A stretch of DNA of 57,705 bases from Pseudolabrys sp. (lineage in GTDB: Bacteria > Pseudomonadota > Alphaproteobacteria > Rhizobiales > Xanthobacteraceae): NCBI GenBank assembly GCA_041500065.1, contig JBGQLL010000001.1, positions 1 to 57,705 on the forward strand, read 5' to 3'. A program made the position numbers and the translations under genes. Position 1 is the stretch's first letter; every line of letters starts with the position of its first letter. A model generated the notes under the pieces. It was not told the DNA's origin and did not search any database. It saw only the letters and a program-made list of their open reading frames with translations. Positions 20,118-27,908 of this stretch are shown one piece after another.

Positions 20118-20330
20118 ATGGACGCCGCAGATAAGTTTTCCAAAATGGCCGCAGAGCTCTACGAGAAGGCGGGCGCGGAAGAAAGCTCCGATAGCAAATC
20201 CGAGTTGGAGATGGCGGCGCAAATTTATGTGGTGCTCGCGCAGCGGGAGGATAAAGCCGCTGTGGCCGACAGCGATGCAAAGGGCCTGCAGCAACAAATC
20301 GCGAAGCATTTCGCTGACGGAACGTTCTGA
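20118..20330 (+). CDS. Small helical hypothetical protein
   Basis: 70-aa Ala/Glu-rich ORF with ATG start. Confidence 0.4.
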   Translation: MDAADKFSKMAAELYEKAGAEESSDSKSELEMAAQIYVVLAQREDKAAVADSDAKGLQQQIAKHFADGTF

Positions 20331-20611
20331 TCGATTTTTTCCGAAGCATCTACGGAACGGGTCAAGCGCGGTACGCGGCCGCTGGCAAGTGTTTCCAGTT
20401 TCCTTGAGCGCTAGATGAAATGGTCCCGCGACGGCGGACGTAACCGCCCGCGATTTTTTTTGCAGAAATTGTTTGTGATTTTTTTATCACAGGCCTCGCC
20501 GAACGAGCACACCACAACGCCCTGCGCCGCAATGCTGCCTTGGTCACATGTGGCAATCGACCCCCGCTAGGGAGCGTCAACGTAACTGTTGCGTTGTAAG
20601 GGGGTATTATA

Positions 20612-20998
20612 ATGACGGTTGTCAGACCCGATTGGCCTGGTGCGAACAAGCCTGGTCCAGAGATTTACGCTCCGCCAAACCGGCGTGCGGCACCGGAAAA
20701 ACTGAGCGATCTCGAACAGATCGCGTTCCTGCACCGGCAACGAGACGAGGCTAACTCGCCTCATGTGCCGGTGGCCGAAAAACCGAATGAGCTGATCGGA
20801 CGGGTCGCCGGCGCATCGATAGAGGAAATCGACCGGGTCATTCGCGAGCTGGAAAGCGTGCGCGCCATGTTGCGCGGTGAGGGTGAACGCCTCAGCCGTG
20901 AGATCGCCCGATTCGCGAGTTTGAGTCACGCCTCGACGACCGCGATGAAGGTCATCGCCGACAGCCTCAATCAATGGAAAGAGACACCGCGGCTATAA
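20612..20998 (+). CDS. Coiled-coil hypothetical protein
   Basis: SIEEIDRVIRELESVRAMLRGEGERLSREIARFASLS; AAGGGGG upstream. Confidence 0.65.
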   Translation: MTVVRPDWPGANKPGPEIYAPPNRRAAPEKLSDLEQIAFLHRQRDEANSPHVPVAEKPNELIGRVAGASIEEIDRVIRELESVRAMLRGEGERLSREIARFASLSHASTTAMKVIADSLNQWKETPRL

Positions 20999-21046
20999 TT
21001 TTTATCGCGATCAGCATCCCTTCGACGATTGCGAGGAATAGCCTCC

Positions 21047-21400
21047 ATGAATCTGAGGTTGATTGTTGCGATTTTGGTGATCACCGCCGTCCCGGTGTGC
21101 GCGCAGGCTCAAAAGACGAAGGCGACCAAGGCAGACGCACAAAGGGTCCTCAAAATTATTAGCGCCGATAAGGCCAAGACCCAGACCTATTGTGATGCCG
21201 TCAGGCTTGCTGGCCAGGCCGGGGAGGCCGACGAGAAAAGGTCCCGTGAGTTGGCTCAGAAAATCAACGAACTGGGAAAAAAGCTGGGTCCTGAATATAA
21301 CGCGATGATGGCAGCACTTCAGGACACTGACCTGGAATCCGAAGATGGTCGGGAGATTGGCTCGACGCTTGAGGCGCTCGACAGGTTGTGTCCAAAATAG
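21047..21400 (+). CDS. Secreted hypothetical protein
   Basis: Signal MNLRLIVAILVITAVPVCAQA; two Cys (TYCD, RLCPK); GAGG upstream. Confidence 0.7.
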   Translation: MNLRLIVAILVITAVPVCAQAQKTKATKADAQRVLKIISADKAKTQTYCDAVRLAGQAGEADEKRSRELAQKINELGKKLGPEYNAMMAALQDTDLESEDGREIGSTLEALDRLCPK

Positions 21401-21485
21401 CGGCAAATCTTTGCCTCAGGCAGGCATTGCGGGGCGGGGCGTCTGGCGAGCAGCCTAACGGTTTTAAAATTCGCGATTGCCGCGA

Positions 21486-21642
21486 CTAGGCTGCAATTCT
21501 TATTGCAAGCAGCGCCAGCTCGATCAGCCCATATGCCAGAAAGCACACCCCAGACCACAGTCAGTCCCAATCCAACAGGGACTAGCACCGCCGGCCAGAA
21601 TTGGCTGAGAAAGCTAGGCGTCTCCAACTCGATGTTTGACAT
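21486..21642 (-). pseudogene. Frameshifted third copy of the WP...W...GL small membrane protein family
   Basis: MSNIELETPSFLSQFWPAVLVPVGLGLTVVW; removing one G of a G4 run (CCCC at 21548-21551) continues VCFLAYGLIELALLAIRIAA*, matching 22278-22625 and 22945-23079. Confidence 0.6.
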
Positions 21643-21702
21643 GCGATCCCCCCACGGATCGATCGCCACGCAGCGAGCCTTGCCCGGGGAGCATTGCCTT
21701 AC

Positions 21703-21718
21703 TGTGACGCCCATCACT
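21703..21718. promoter_or_regulatory. CRP/FNR-family-type box
   Basis: TGTGA-cgccca-TCACT, about 60 bp upstream of the 21642 start. Confidence 0.45.
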
Positions 21719-21862
21719 TTCGGCGCGATTTTCACATGCGCGGCGGTCTTTTCTGTTTTTGGCTTGCGCGGCGTGACCGTTTGCTGGTGCGAAGACACCA
21801 CCACGTTTCACAAAAACTGAACTACCGTTGCTCCTGTGGCTGGGCGGGCGAGGGGGACCGCC

Positions 21863-21958
21863 ATGACGACAATGAGTATGCTTTACGTTGCCTTGTCTGC
21901 CGGCGCGAGTGTCGGATTTTTGATCGCTAGTCTCATCGCGAACCGCGACACGCAATAA
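21863..21958 (+). CDS. 31-aa single-TM peptide
   Basis: MTTMSMLYVALSAGASVGFLIASLIANRDTQ*; AGGGGGA upstream. Confidence 0.45.
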   Translation: MTTMSMLYVALSAGASVGFLIASLIANRDTQ

Positions 21959-21974
21959 TCCGCAAATCAGATTT

Positions 21975-22065
21975 AGAAAGAGCGCGGGGCCGCCGGTTGT
22001 GGCTTTCCGACGGCCCCGCTAGCGATAGCATCAGCGGTTGGCACTATCGCCTGTCTGCCACACTA
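21975..22065 (-). ncRNA. Candidate two-hairpin small RNA (or compound terminator)
   Basis: Hairpin GCGATAG...CTATCGC (22022-22050), then a 13-bp GC-rich stem (21984-22019), then a CTCTTTCT tail on the minus strand. Confidence 0.35.
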
Positions 22066-22155
22066 GAAGACGACGGATTTTGGCGCAGTGTTCGCTGTCA
22101 CAAAAAAGCGTTCACTACAAAAAATGTAGATGGGCCGGCGCCGATTTCGGTAAGA

Positions 22156-22171
22156 TGGCACCACAACTGCA
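22156..22171 (+). promoter_or_regulatory. Possible sigma54 -24/-12 promoter
   Basis: TGGCAC-cacaa-CTGCA (GG-N10-GC) upstream of 22278. Confidence 0.3.
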
Positions 22172-22185
22172 ATTAGGCTAGTCTC

Positions 22186-22201
22186 TGTGATGCCCGTCAC
22201 A
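22186..22201. promoter_or_regulatory. Perfect CRP-consensus box
   Basis: TGTGA-tgcccg-TCACA, about 76 bp upstream of the ATG at 22278. Confidence 0.5.
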
Positions 22202-22277
22202 GTTGTGCAAACATTCGCGTGTAATATTAGTCATCGAGACAATTTGTCCTGGCAGGCGCGGGGGTCAGGAGACGACG

Positions 22278-22625
22278 ATGAGCGAAATCACCAACCAGCT
22301 CGACGCGCCTCCGGTGGTGGAGGAAATCCCAAAGATCGAAATCGAAGTATTGCAATGTGAGGCTCAAGTTCCGCTAGCGCCGGAGATCATCTCTGGCCAG
22401 CATGCCGCAGCAGTCAACGAGGAAACGGATTCCGATTTTCGACCGCTCATTGAAATCGCCAACCAGATCGGCGCCTCCACGGCGGCTGCGGCCCCGGCAT
22501 CCCCCGAGCCGGTCATTCACCAAGTTTGGCCTTGGGCAGTGTTAGCCCTTGCATTTATTTCTACTGCGGTTTGGATCTGTCTATTGGGATACGGGCTCGT
22601 CAAACTAATAGAGATGGCAATCTGA
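22278..22625 (+). CDS. Acidic protein with a C-terminal membrane segment (WP...W...GL family, copy 1)
   Basis: AGGAG RBS; C-terminus VWPWAVLALAFISTAVWICLLGYGLVKLIEMAI. Confidence 0.65.
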   Translation: MSEITNQLDAPPVVEEIPKIEIEVLQCEAQVPLAPEIISGQHAAAVNEETDSDFRPLIEIANQIGASTAAAAPASPEPVIHQVWPWAVLALAFISTAVWICLLGYGLVKLIEMAI

Positions 22626-22662
22626 CGAATTGCAAAAAAGCCGCACCATAAGTCTGATTCAG

Positions 22663-22767
22663 TCAGTAATCAGAGTCAATTGACGGTGCTCGCCAAGCCA
22701 ACCAAGCGACCACAAGCATCGACGGCATTAAAGCTACAAGGATTCCATCTACAAAGTCCGGCGTCAT
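22663..22767 (-). CDS. 34-aa single-TM peptide (DG..PS..VAW..WRA family, copy 1)
   Basis: MTPDFVDGILVALMPSMLVVAWLAWRAPSIDSDY*; GGAG 7 nt upstream. Confidence 0.65.
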   Translation of the reverse strand: MTPDFVDGILVALMPSMLVVAWLAWRAPSIDSDY

Positions 22768-22944
22768 CGACTTGCTCCACTGCCACTATGGAACTTTCGA
22801 ATTGCCGGCAAGTTTCGTGAGCAACCGTGGCCGCACTTTGTCGCAAATTTGGCTCGGCACAAGTTCCCGGGTTCCGCGGAACAAATTTACGACGTAGGTC
22901 GTTGAAAAAGATTGCGGGAGGTAAGTTGCCACCTTGGGGATTGG

Positions 22945-23079
22945 TTGCTCAAAGTTTTGACTGATCGCATTCGTTGTATTTGGCCTTGGGCGATGATCGC
23001 CATTGGAGTTGCGATCACTGCTGGGTGGATTTGTTTTTTAGGGTTTTGTCTCGTCAAATTGGTAGAGCTGGCAATCTAA
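22945..23079 (+). CDS. 44-aa membrane peptide (WP...W...GL family, copy 2)
   Basis: (M)LKVLTDRIRCIWPWAMIAIGVAITAGWICFLGFCLVKLVELAI*; TTG start after GGGGA, start uncertain. Confidence 0.6.
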   Translation: MLKVLTDRIRCIWPWAMIAIGVAITAGWICFLGFCLVKLVELAI

Positions 23080-23114
23080 GAATTACAAAGAGCCGCGTCT
23101 AAAATCCGAGTTCA

Positions 23115-23201
23115 CTAACGGGTTGCCCGCCAGACGAACCAAGCTACCGCAAGCACTGACGGGATTAATATTACAATGACCCCATCCAGGAAGTATTCCA
23201 T
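23115..23201 (-). CDS. 28-aa single-TM peptide (DG..PS..VAW..WRA family, copy 2)
   Basis: MEYFLDGVIVILIPSVLAVAWFVWRATR*; paralog of 22663-22767. Confidence 0.6.
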   Translation of the reverse strand: MEYFLDGVIVILIPSVLAVAWFVWRATR

Positions 23202-23245
23202 TGATAGGCCACTTGGGGCATTGGATTTGGAGTCGCGCTCGATAT

Positions 23246-23413
23246 TTAATCTCCCTCGCCCACGAGCTTGCCGGTTTTCGGATCGAGCAAATGCACTTCG
23301 CCACACGCCGTGCAGGTTATCGCCTCGAAGGCGTGGCCGCCCTTGTCATCGTCTTCAACGTGCCCCTGCACATTCAAGCCTGTATGCGGGCAGCGAAAAA
23401 TGAAAGCAGGCAT
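23246..23413 (-). CDS. 55-aa zinc-ribbon-like protein
   Basis: MPAFIFRCPHTGLNVQGHVEDDDKGGHAFEAITCTACGEVHLLDPKTGKLVGEGD*; CPxTG...CxxC...H. Confidence 0.7.
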   Translation of the reverse strand: MPAFIFRCPHTGLNVQGHVEDDDKGGHAFEAITCTACGEVHLLDPKTGKLVGEGD

Positions 23414-23518
23414 GAGCTATCACTATGCAAGGATCATACCGCACGTTCAGTGAACGCGGACGCGCGCCCAACATCTAAGGCGCCGCGCTTCCCAACCGAA
23501 AAGGAAAATAGGCCCGAC

Positions 23519-23605
23519 TTATTTCTCTGGCTTCATGACATAGAAACCCGCGACCAAGACGACCGCGACAACCACAACGAGCGCGACGCCTGTGAGCATG
23601 TCCAT
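23519..23605 (-). CDS. 28-aa single-TM peptide
   Basis: MDMLTGVALVVVVAVVLVAGFYVMKPEK*; GGAG upstream. Confidence 0.5.
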   Translation of the reverse strand: MDMLTGVALVVVVAVVLVAGFYVMKPEK

Positions 23606-23755
23606 GGCGAATCTCCGACGATAACAAACATCATGTCGGCCTACGTGTAAGCGGTGGCCGATCTATTCATTTAGGATTGTCGGTGCTATCAGTCCGTCAA
23701 TTGCGGATGTTTACGTAATGCAAAAGCAATCATACAAAACGGGCGGAAGCGGGGT

Positions 23756-23985
23756 TTATTCACTCGCGCCAAACACAGTCGCGAATGATTTAGCTGTCGC
23801 CGGATCCGCAAAGCACCAGCGAATAACACTGCCGTTGGCATCATGCCGACCATGACCGCGTTGGGGTTTGATGCCGTACTGGGTGAGAAAGTCGTACATG
23901 GCGTCTAGCTTCGAGCCGAGCCCACGAGGTGCGGGAGATCTCGTTCGACGGCTTTCGCGTTTTGTCTGCCTTTGTAGCCGGTCAT
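23756..23985 (-). pseudogene. Frameshifted small hypothetical gene
   Basis: MTGYKGRQNAKAVERDLPHLV in one frame; LGSKLDAMYDFLTQYGIKPQRGHGRHDANGSVIRWCFADPATAKSFATVFGASE* in another. The 230-nt span is not a multiple of 3. Confidence 0.45.
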
Positions 23986-23992
23986 GTTCCAG

Positions 23993-24280
23993 CTAGCCGA
24001 AGAACTTCCAAACCAAAGAGATTGGAACGGCAGACATCGTCAGTATAAGCGCGAAGACGGCCAGCGCTTGCCAGTCATATAGCCAATCGATGGGCCTTTT
24101 GGATTGCCGGTGCGGTGGCGGTAGCGGTTTCGTGGGACTCCTGGTTCTATGACGGCGTCTATACTGGAAGCGTTGTCCATATGCTTTCGGACATGGCCAC
24201 CGGCTTCGGTTTCCATTCCTGTGCCGTTTTGGCTGTCCATCGCTCGAGGAGCACCTGAGGCGAATTTCAGGACCGGGCAC
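23993..24280 (-). CDS. Hypothetical protein with a C-terminal TM segment (start uncertain)
   Basis: Ends DWQALAVFALILTMSAVPISLVWKFFG. Confidence 0.3.
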   Translation of the reverse strand: MPGPEIRLRCSSSDGQPKRHRNGNRSRWPCPKAYGQRFQYRRRHRTRSPTKPLPPPHRQSKRPIDWLYDWQALAVFALILTMSAVPISLVWKFFG

Positions 24281-24432
24281 CCTAAACTGCTCTGGCCGGC
24301 CTTTTAAAGCTGCTGATGGAACTCAGCGGGCAGGAATATCCCACGATTTCAGCACGATAATGCTCCCCCATTCGTAAGGGATCGGTAATCAACGGGTTAT
24401 ATAGAATCCAAGGGTCTATCATAAAGCTTCAC

Positions 24433-24768
24433 ATGAGCGGGTCCGATAAACGACGCTGGTTCCGTTCGTCACCAAGGGGTCTCGTCCCTCGGGCCGGAAA
24501 ACTTTTGCTCGGCCCGAAGACAACGCCGATCGATTGCCATGTTCTCGATCTATCGGCCGGAGGCGCCTGCCTCGAACTATCCAAGACGTATAGCTTCCCG
24601 CAAAGGTTCGAATTTCTTCATGGCAGTACGCGAAGGTTCTGCACGATCGCCTGGACCCGCGGCTTTCGTATTGGCATCAGCTACGAGGGGACCATTCAAC
24701 GGTCGTCGGTCTCTGGGGGGTTGAGCCGACCCAAGAGCGGCGCAAGCCTGCTTTCGCGCAATCGCTGA
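24433..24768 (+). CDS. Stand-alone PilZ domain protein
   Basis: DKRRWFR (RxxxR) and DLSAGGA (DxSxxG) c-di-GMP motifs; C-IAW-R...IGI. Confidence 0.8.
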   Translation: MSGSDKRRWFRSSPRGLVPRAGKLLLGPKTTPIDCHVLDLSAGGACLELSKTYSFPQRFEFLHGSTRRFCTIAWTRGFRIGISYEGTIQRSSVSGGLSRPKSGASLLSRNR

Positions 24769-24940
24769 GCGAGTCGGCTTCAGCCGGCGCCAACGGCCAA
24801 GTAGAGGCCCCGCCTTCAAGAAGCCCGCCGCATGCCAAAGGTACTCTGGAACCGACCATTTACCAGCCCACAGACCGGCTGTTCCCGTCGGGCTCGTGAC
24901 GCGGTATTCTGCCCGTTTCCGATTGGGGATCTCACGCGGG

Positions 24941-25864
24941 ATGGATTGCTTGGGGGCTAGCCACGACATTGGCCGGAGCGTGCGCCTTTTTGCTCTCGGT
25001 CTGAGCTGCCTCGCGCTCGCCAATTGCTCAAGCGGTCAGATGGCCGGCACGATTGATCCACGTTACGGCGTTGCGGCAAGCGCCCGTGTTGTTGAACCGG
25101 GCCAGCCGGTGCCAAAAGGCGGTGGCGTGTACCGCGTCGGCCAGCCTTACACGGTGGCCGGCCGGGTTTACGTCCCCGCAGAAAATATCAATTACAGCGC
25201 AGTCGGGATGGCCTCTTGGTACGGCGATGATTTCCATGGCCGCTATACTGCCAATGGTGAAATCTTCGACATGCGTGCGATTTCGGCGGCGCATCCGACG
25301 CTGCCGCTGCCTTCTTATGTTCGCGTGACGAATCTGGCCAACAGCCGATCCATCGTTGTGCGCGTCAACGATCGCGGACCTTATGCGGCCAACCGCCTCA
25401 TCGATGTGTCCGTCAAGACCGCCGAACTTCTGGGCTTCTATGGCCATGGCGTCACGCGCGTGAAGGTCGAATACGTCGGGCGGGCGCCCTTGCAGGGCTC
25501 CGATGACCGCAAGCTGATTGCCACGTTGCGTGAAGGCGTGCCGGCTACTCCGCCTGTGCAAGTCGTTTCGAACAAAACATTTGCCCCGGCTAATTTTGAC
25601 GGCCGTCCGATGACGAACTTCTCTTCGAACGGAATTCCGTCACCGCCCGACCGGCCATACCGGCTGGGCGAGGGCGCGCGTGACGTGCCGGCAGTGGCGG
25701 CGCCGACAACCGAGCTTGCAGCGGCGGCCCGGCCGCGGCCCGCGGGGACGGTCATGCGCACACACACCGCTGAGCCCCAAGCCGTTGCACCGCCGGTTTC
25801 GGCCTATCTGCCAACGCGTTATGATGGCAGAGTTGGTTTTATGGACGGCCGCGGCCTTTACTGA
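24941..25864 (+). CDS. rlpA: Septal ring lytic transglycosylase RlpA family lipoprotein
   Basis: LALANC lipobox; GMASWYG, TANGE, AAHPTLPLPS, VRVNDRGPY, IDVS. Start could be 24896. Confidence 0.92.
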   Translation: MDCLGASHDIGRSVRLFALGLSCLALANCSSGQMAGTIDPRYGVAASARVVEPGQPVPKGGGVYRVGQPYTVAGRVYVPAENINYSAVGMASWYGDDFHGRYTANGEIFDMRAISAAHPTLPLPSYVRVTNLANSRSIVVRVNDRGPYAANRLIDVSVKTAELLGFYGHGVTRVKVEYVGRAPLQGSDDRKLIATLREGVPATPPVQVVSNKTFAPANFDGRPMTNFSSNGIPSPPDRPYRLGEGARDVPAVAAPTTELAAAARPRPAGTVMRTHTAEPQAVAPPVSAYLPTRYDGRVGFMDGRGLY

Positions 25865-25930
25865 GCCGTATTTTCCCGCGACATGTCTACCGGGTTGCGT
25901 CGCAAACGCTTGATGCGCTACCGGTGAACG

Positions 25931-27193
25931 ATGATGCCCCTGCGGAAATTCGAATTCGGACGAATGCTGGCCGCGGCATTCCTTGCAGCGAGCCTTGGCG
26001 CGACTGCACTCGCCGCACCGAGGCACGGACCTGGCCCTGCTCATAAAGGTGCGCCGGCTGCGGTGCAAAAGAAGGATGCTCCGAAAAAAGACGAGCCGAA
26101 TATCGGCGCACCGCACGCGATCCTGATCGACGCTGAAAACGGCAGCGTACTTTTCGAGCGCGATGCCGATCGGCTGATTTTCCCGGCCAGTCTCGCCAAG
26201 CTGATGACGGCCGAATACGTGTTCAACGAGCTTAAGCAAGGGCGCCTCAAACTCACCGACGAATTCATGGTCAGTGAAAATGCCTGGCGCAAGGGTGGTG
26301 CGCCCTCGCATGGATCGACCATGTTCGCGGCGATCTACAGCAAGGTTCCGGTCGACGACCTGATTCATGGCATGATCATCCAGTCGGCCAACGATGCCTG
26401 CATCGTGCTGGCGGAAGGCATTGCCGGGAGCGAGGCTGAATTTGCTGCCAAGTTGACCGCCCGCGCACGCGCGATCGGCCTGGAAAAATCCGTCTTCACC
26501 AATTCGAACGGCCTGCCGGATCCTGGCGAGCAGGTCACCACGCGCGAACTGGGAATGCTCGCACGTCACATTATCCGCACCTATCCGGACTTTTATAAGT
26601 TGTTTTCGCAACCGGATTACACCTGGAACAAGATTCGTCAGCAAAACCGCAACCCGCTCCTTGGCTCGATGAGCGGCGCCGACGGGCTGAAAACCGGATT
26701 CACAAGGGAGGCGGGTTACGGATTGGTGGGCTCCGCCGTCCAGAATGGGCTGCGGCTGATCGTTGTGGTCAATGGCGTGAACACCGACAAGGAACGTGCG
26801 GATGAAGCCAAGAAGTTGCTGGAGTGGGGGTTCAGGAATTTCGAGCAGCGCGTGCTCTTCGCGGAGGGGCAAACCATCGGGGCTGCCAAAGTTTATGGTG
26901 GCGCCAGTAGCCGCGTGTCTCTGGTGGCGGATGGCCTCGTGCGCGTCATGCTGCCCAAGACCGGCCCAGACAAGCTGATCGCACGCATCGTCTACAAGGG
27001 GCCGGTGCCTGCGCCAGTGACAGAGGGCACGCCGATCGGCAACCTCAAGGTCTGGCGCAACGATAATCTCATCCTGTCAATGCCGCTAAAAGCAGCCGAA
27101 AACGTCGGCAAGGGGAACATGTCGCAGCGCGCTTTCGATGCTGTGACGGAGATGATAATTGCGCTGTTCCGTGCCGGAGCCGAACGGCTATGA
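25931..27193 (+). CDS. dacA: D-alanyl-D-alanine carboxypeptidase (PBP5/6)
   Basis: PASLAK (SxxK), SAN (SxN), KTG. Confidence 0.93.
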   Translation: MMPLRKFEFGRMLAAAFLAASLGATALAAPRHGPGPAHKGAPAAVQKKDAPKKDEPNIGAPHAILIDAENGSVLFERDADRLIFPASLAKLMTAEYVFNELKQGRLKLTDEFMVSENAWRKGGAPSHGSTMFAAIYSKVPVDDLIHGMIIQSANDACIVLAEGIAGSEAEFAAKLTARARAIGLEKSVFTNSNGLPDPGEQVTTRELGMLARHIIRTYPDFYKLFSQPDYTWNKIRQQNRNPLLGSMSGADGLKTGFTREAGYGLVGSAVQNGLRLIVVVNGVNTDKERADEAKKLLEWGFRNFEQRVLFAEGQTIGAAKVYGGASSRVSLVADGLVRVMLPKTGPDKLIARIVYKGPVPAPVTEGTPIGNLKVWRNDNLILSMPLKAAENVGKGNMSQRAFDAVTEMIIALFRAGAERL

Positions 27194-27242
27194 TGTTTGA
27201 GGGCGCCGCGCGCCGACGATAATTGACAAAAGGCCTGCTCGC

Positions 27243-27908
27243 TTGCGTGGACATTTCATCACCTTCGAAGGCGGCGAAGGCAGCGGTAAATCAACTCACG
27301 CGGCGACGCTTGCGCAGCGGCTGACATCTCTCGGCCTTGACGTTGTGCTCACGCGAGAGCCGGGTGGCTCGACCGGCGCAGAAATCATCCGGCATATCCT
27401 TTTGTCCGGTATTGCCAAGCCGCTCGGTGCGGAGACCGAAGCGATACTGTTTGCGGCAGCGCGCGATGATCACGTACGCAACACGATCATGCCGGCGCTG
27501 GAAGCCGGTCAATGGGTGATTTGCGATCGCTTCATCGATTCAACACGCGTTTATCAGGGCGCTCTCGGGAATGTTGACCAACGCGTGATCCGAGGCCTTG
27601 AACGCGTGACCGTTGGATCGGCGGTTCCGGAACTGACGTTCATTCTTGACGTGCCCGCGCGTGTAGGGCTGGCTCGCGCCGGTCAACGGCGCGGTAAGAA
27701 AGCAGCCGACCGCTTCGAAGCCGAATCAATGGAATTCCACGAAAGACTTCGCAAGGCTTATCGCGCCCTCGCAACCGAAGAGCCCGCGCGGTGCATCGTC
27801 ATCGACGGCCGCGCATCGCCGGACGTGGTGGCAAATCGGATCTGGGCGATCGTGCAAAACCGGCTAAAACCCGAAAAAACCGAAGTCGCGGAGACGACTG
27901 CGCCGTGA
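27243..27908 (+). CDS. tmk: Thymidylate kinase
   Basis: FEGGEGSGKST, TREPGG, CDRF, YQG. Confidence 0.96.
   Translation: MRGHFITFEGGEGSGKSTHAATLAQRLTSLGLDVVLTREPGGSTGAEIIRHILLSGIAKPLGAETEAILFAAARDDHVRNTIMPALEAGQWVICDRFIDSTRVYQGALGNVDQRVIRGLERVTVGSAVPELTFILDVPARVGLARAGQRRGKKAADRFEAESMEFHERLRKAYRALATEEPARCIVIDGRASPDVVANRIWAIVQNRLKPEKTEVAETTAP

Noticed and set aside
24374-24388. CtrA-like N7-spaced sites before pilZ and before DUF2336 (about 33015-33030), and TTAA-N6-TTAA at 3027-3040
   Set aside because: Two mismatches or wrong spacing; not distinguishable from chance by eye.
25640-26872. 410-aa antisense ORF, and similar long shadow ORFs at 12389-13297, 38328-39155 and 55154-56398
   Set aside because: They lie opposite well-supported genes in GC-rich DNA and show no recognisable motifs.
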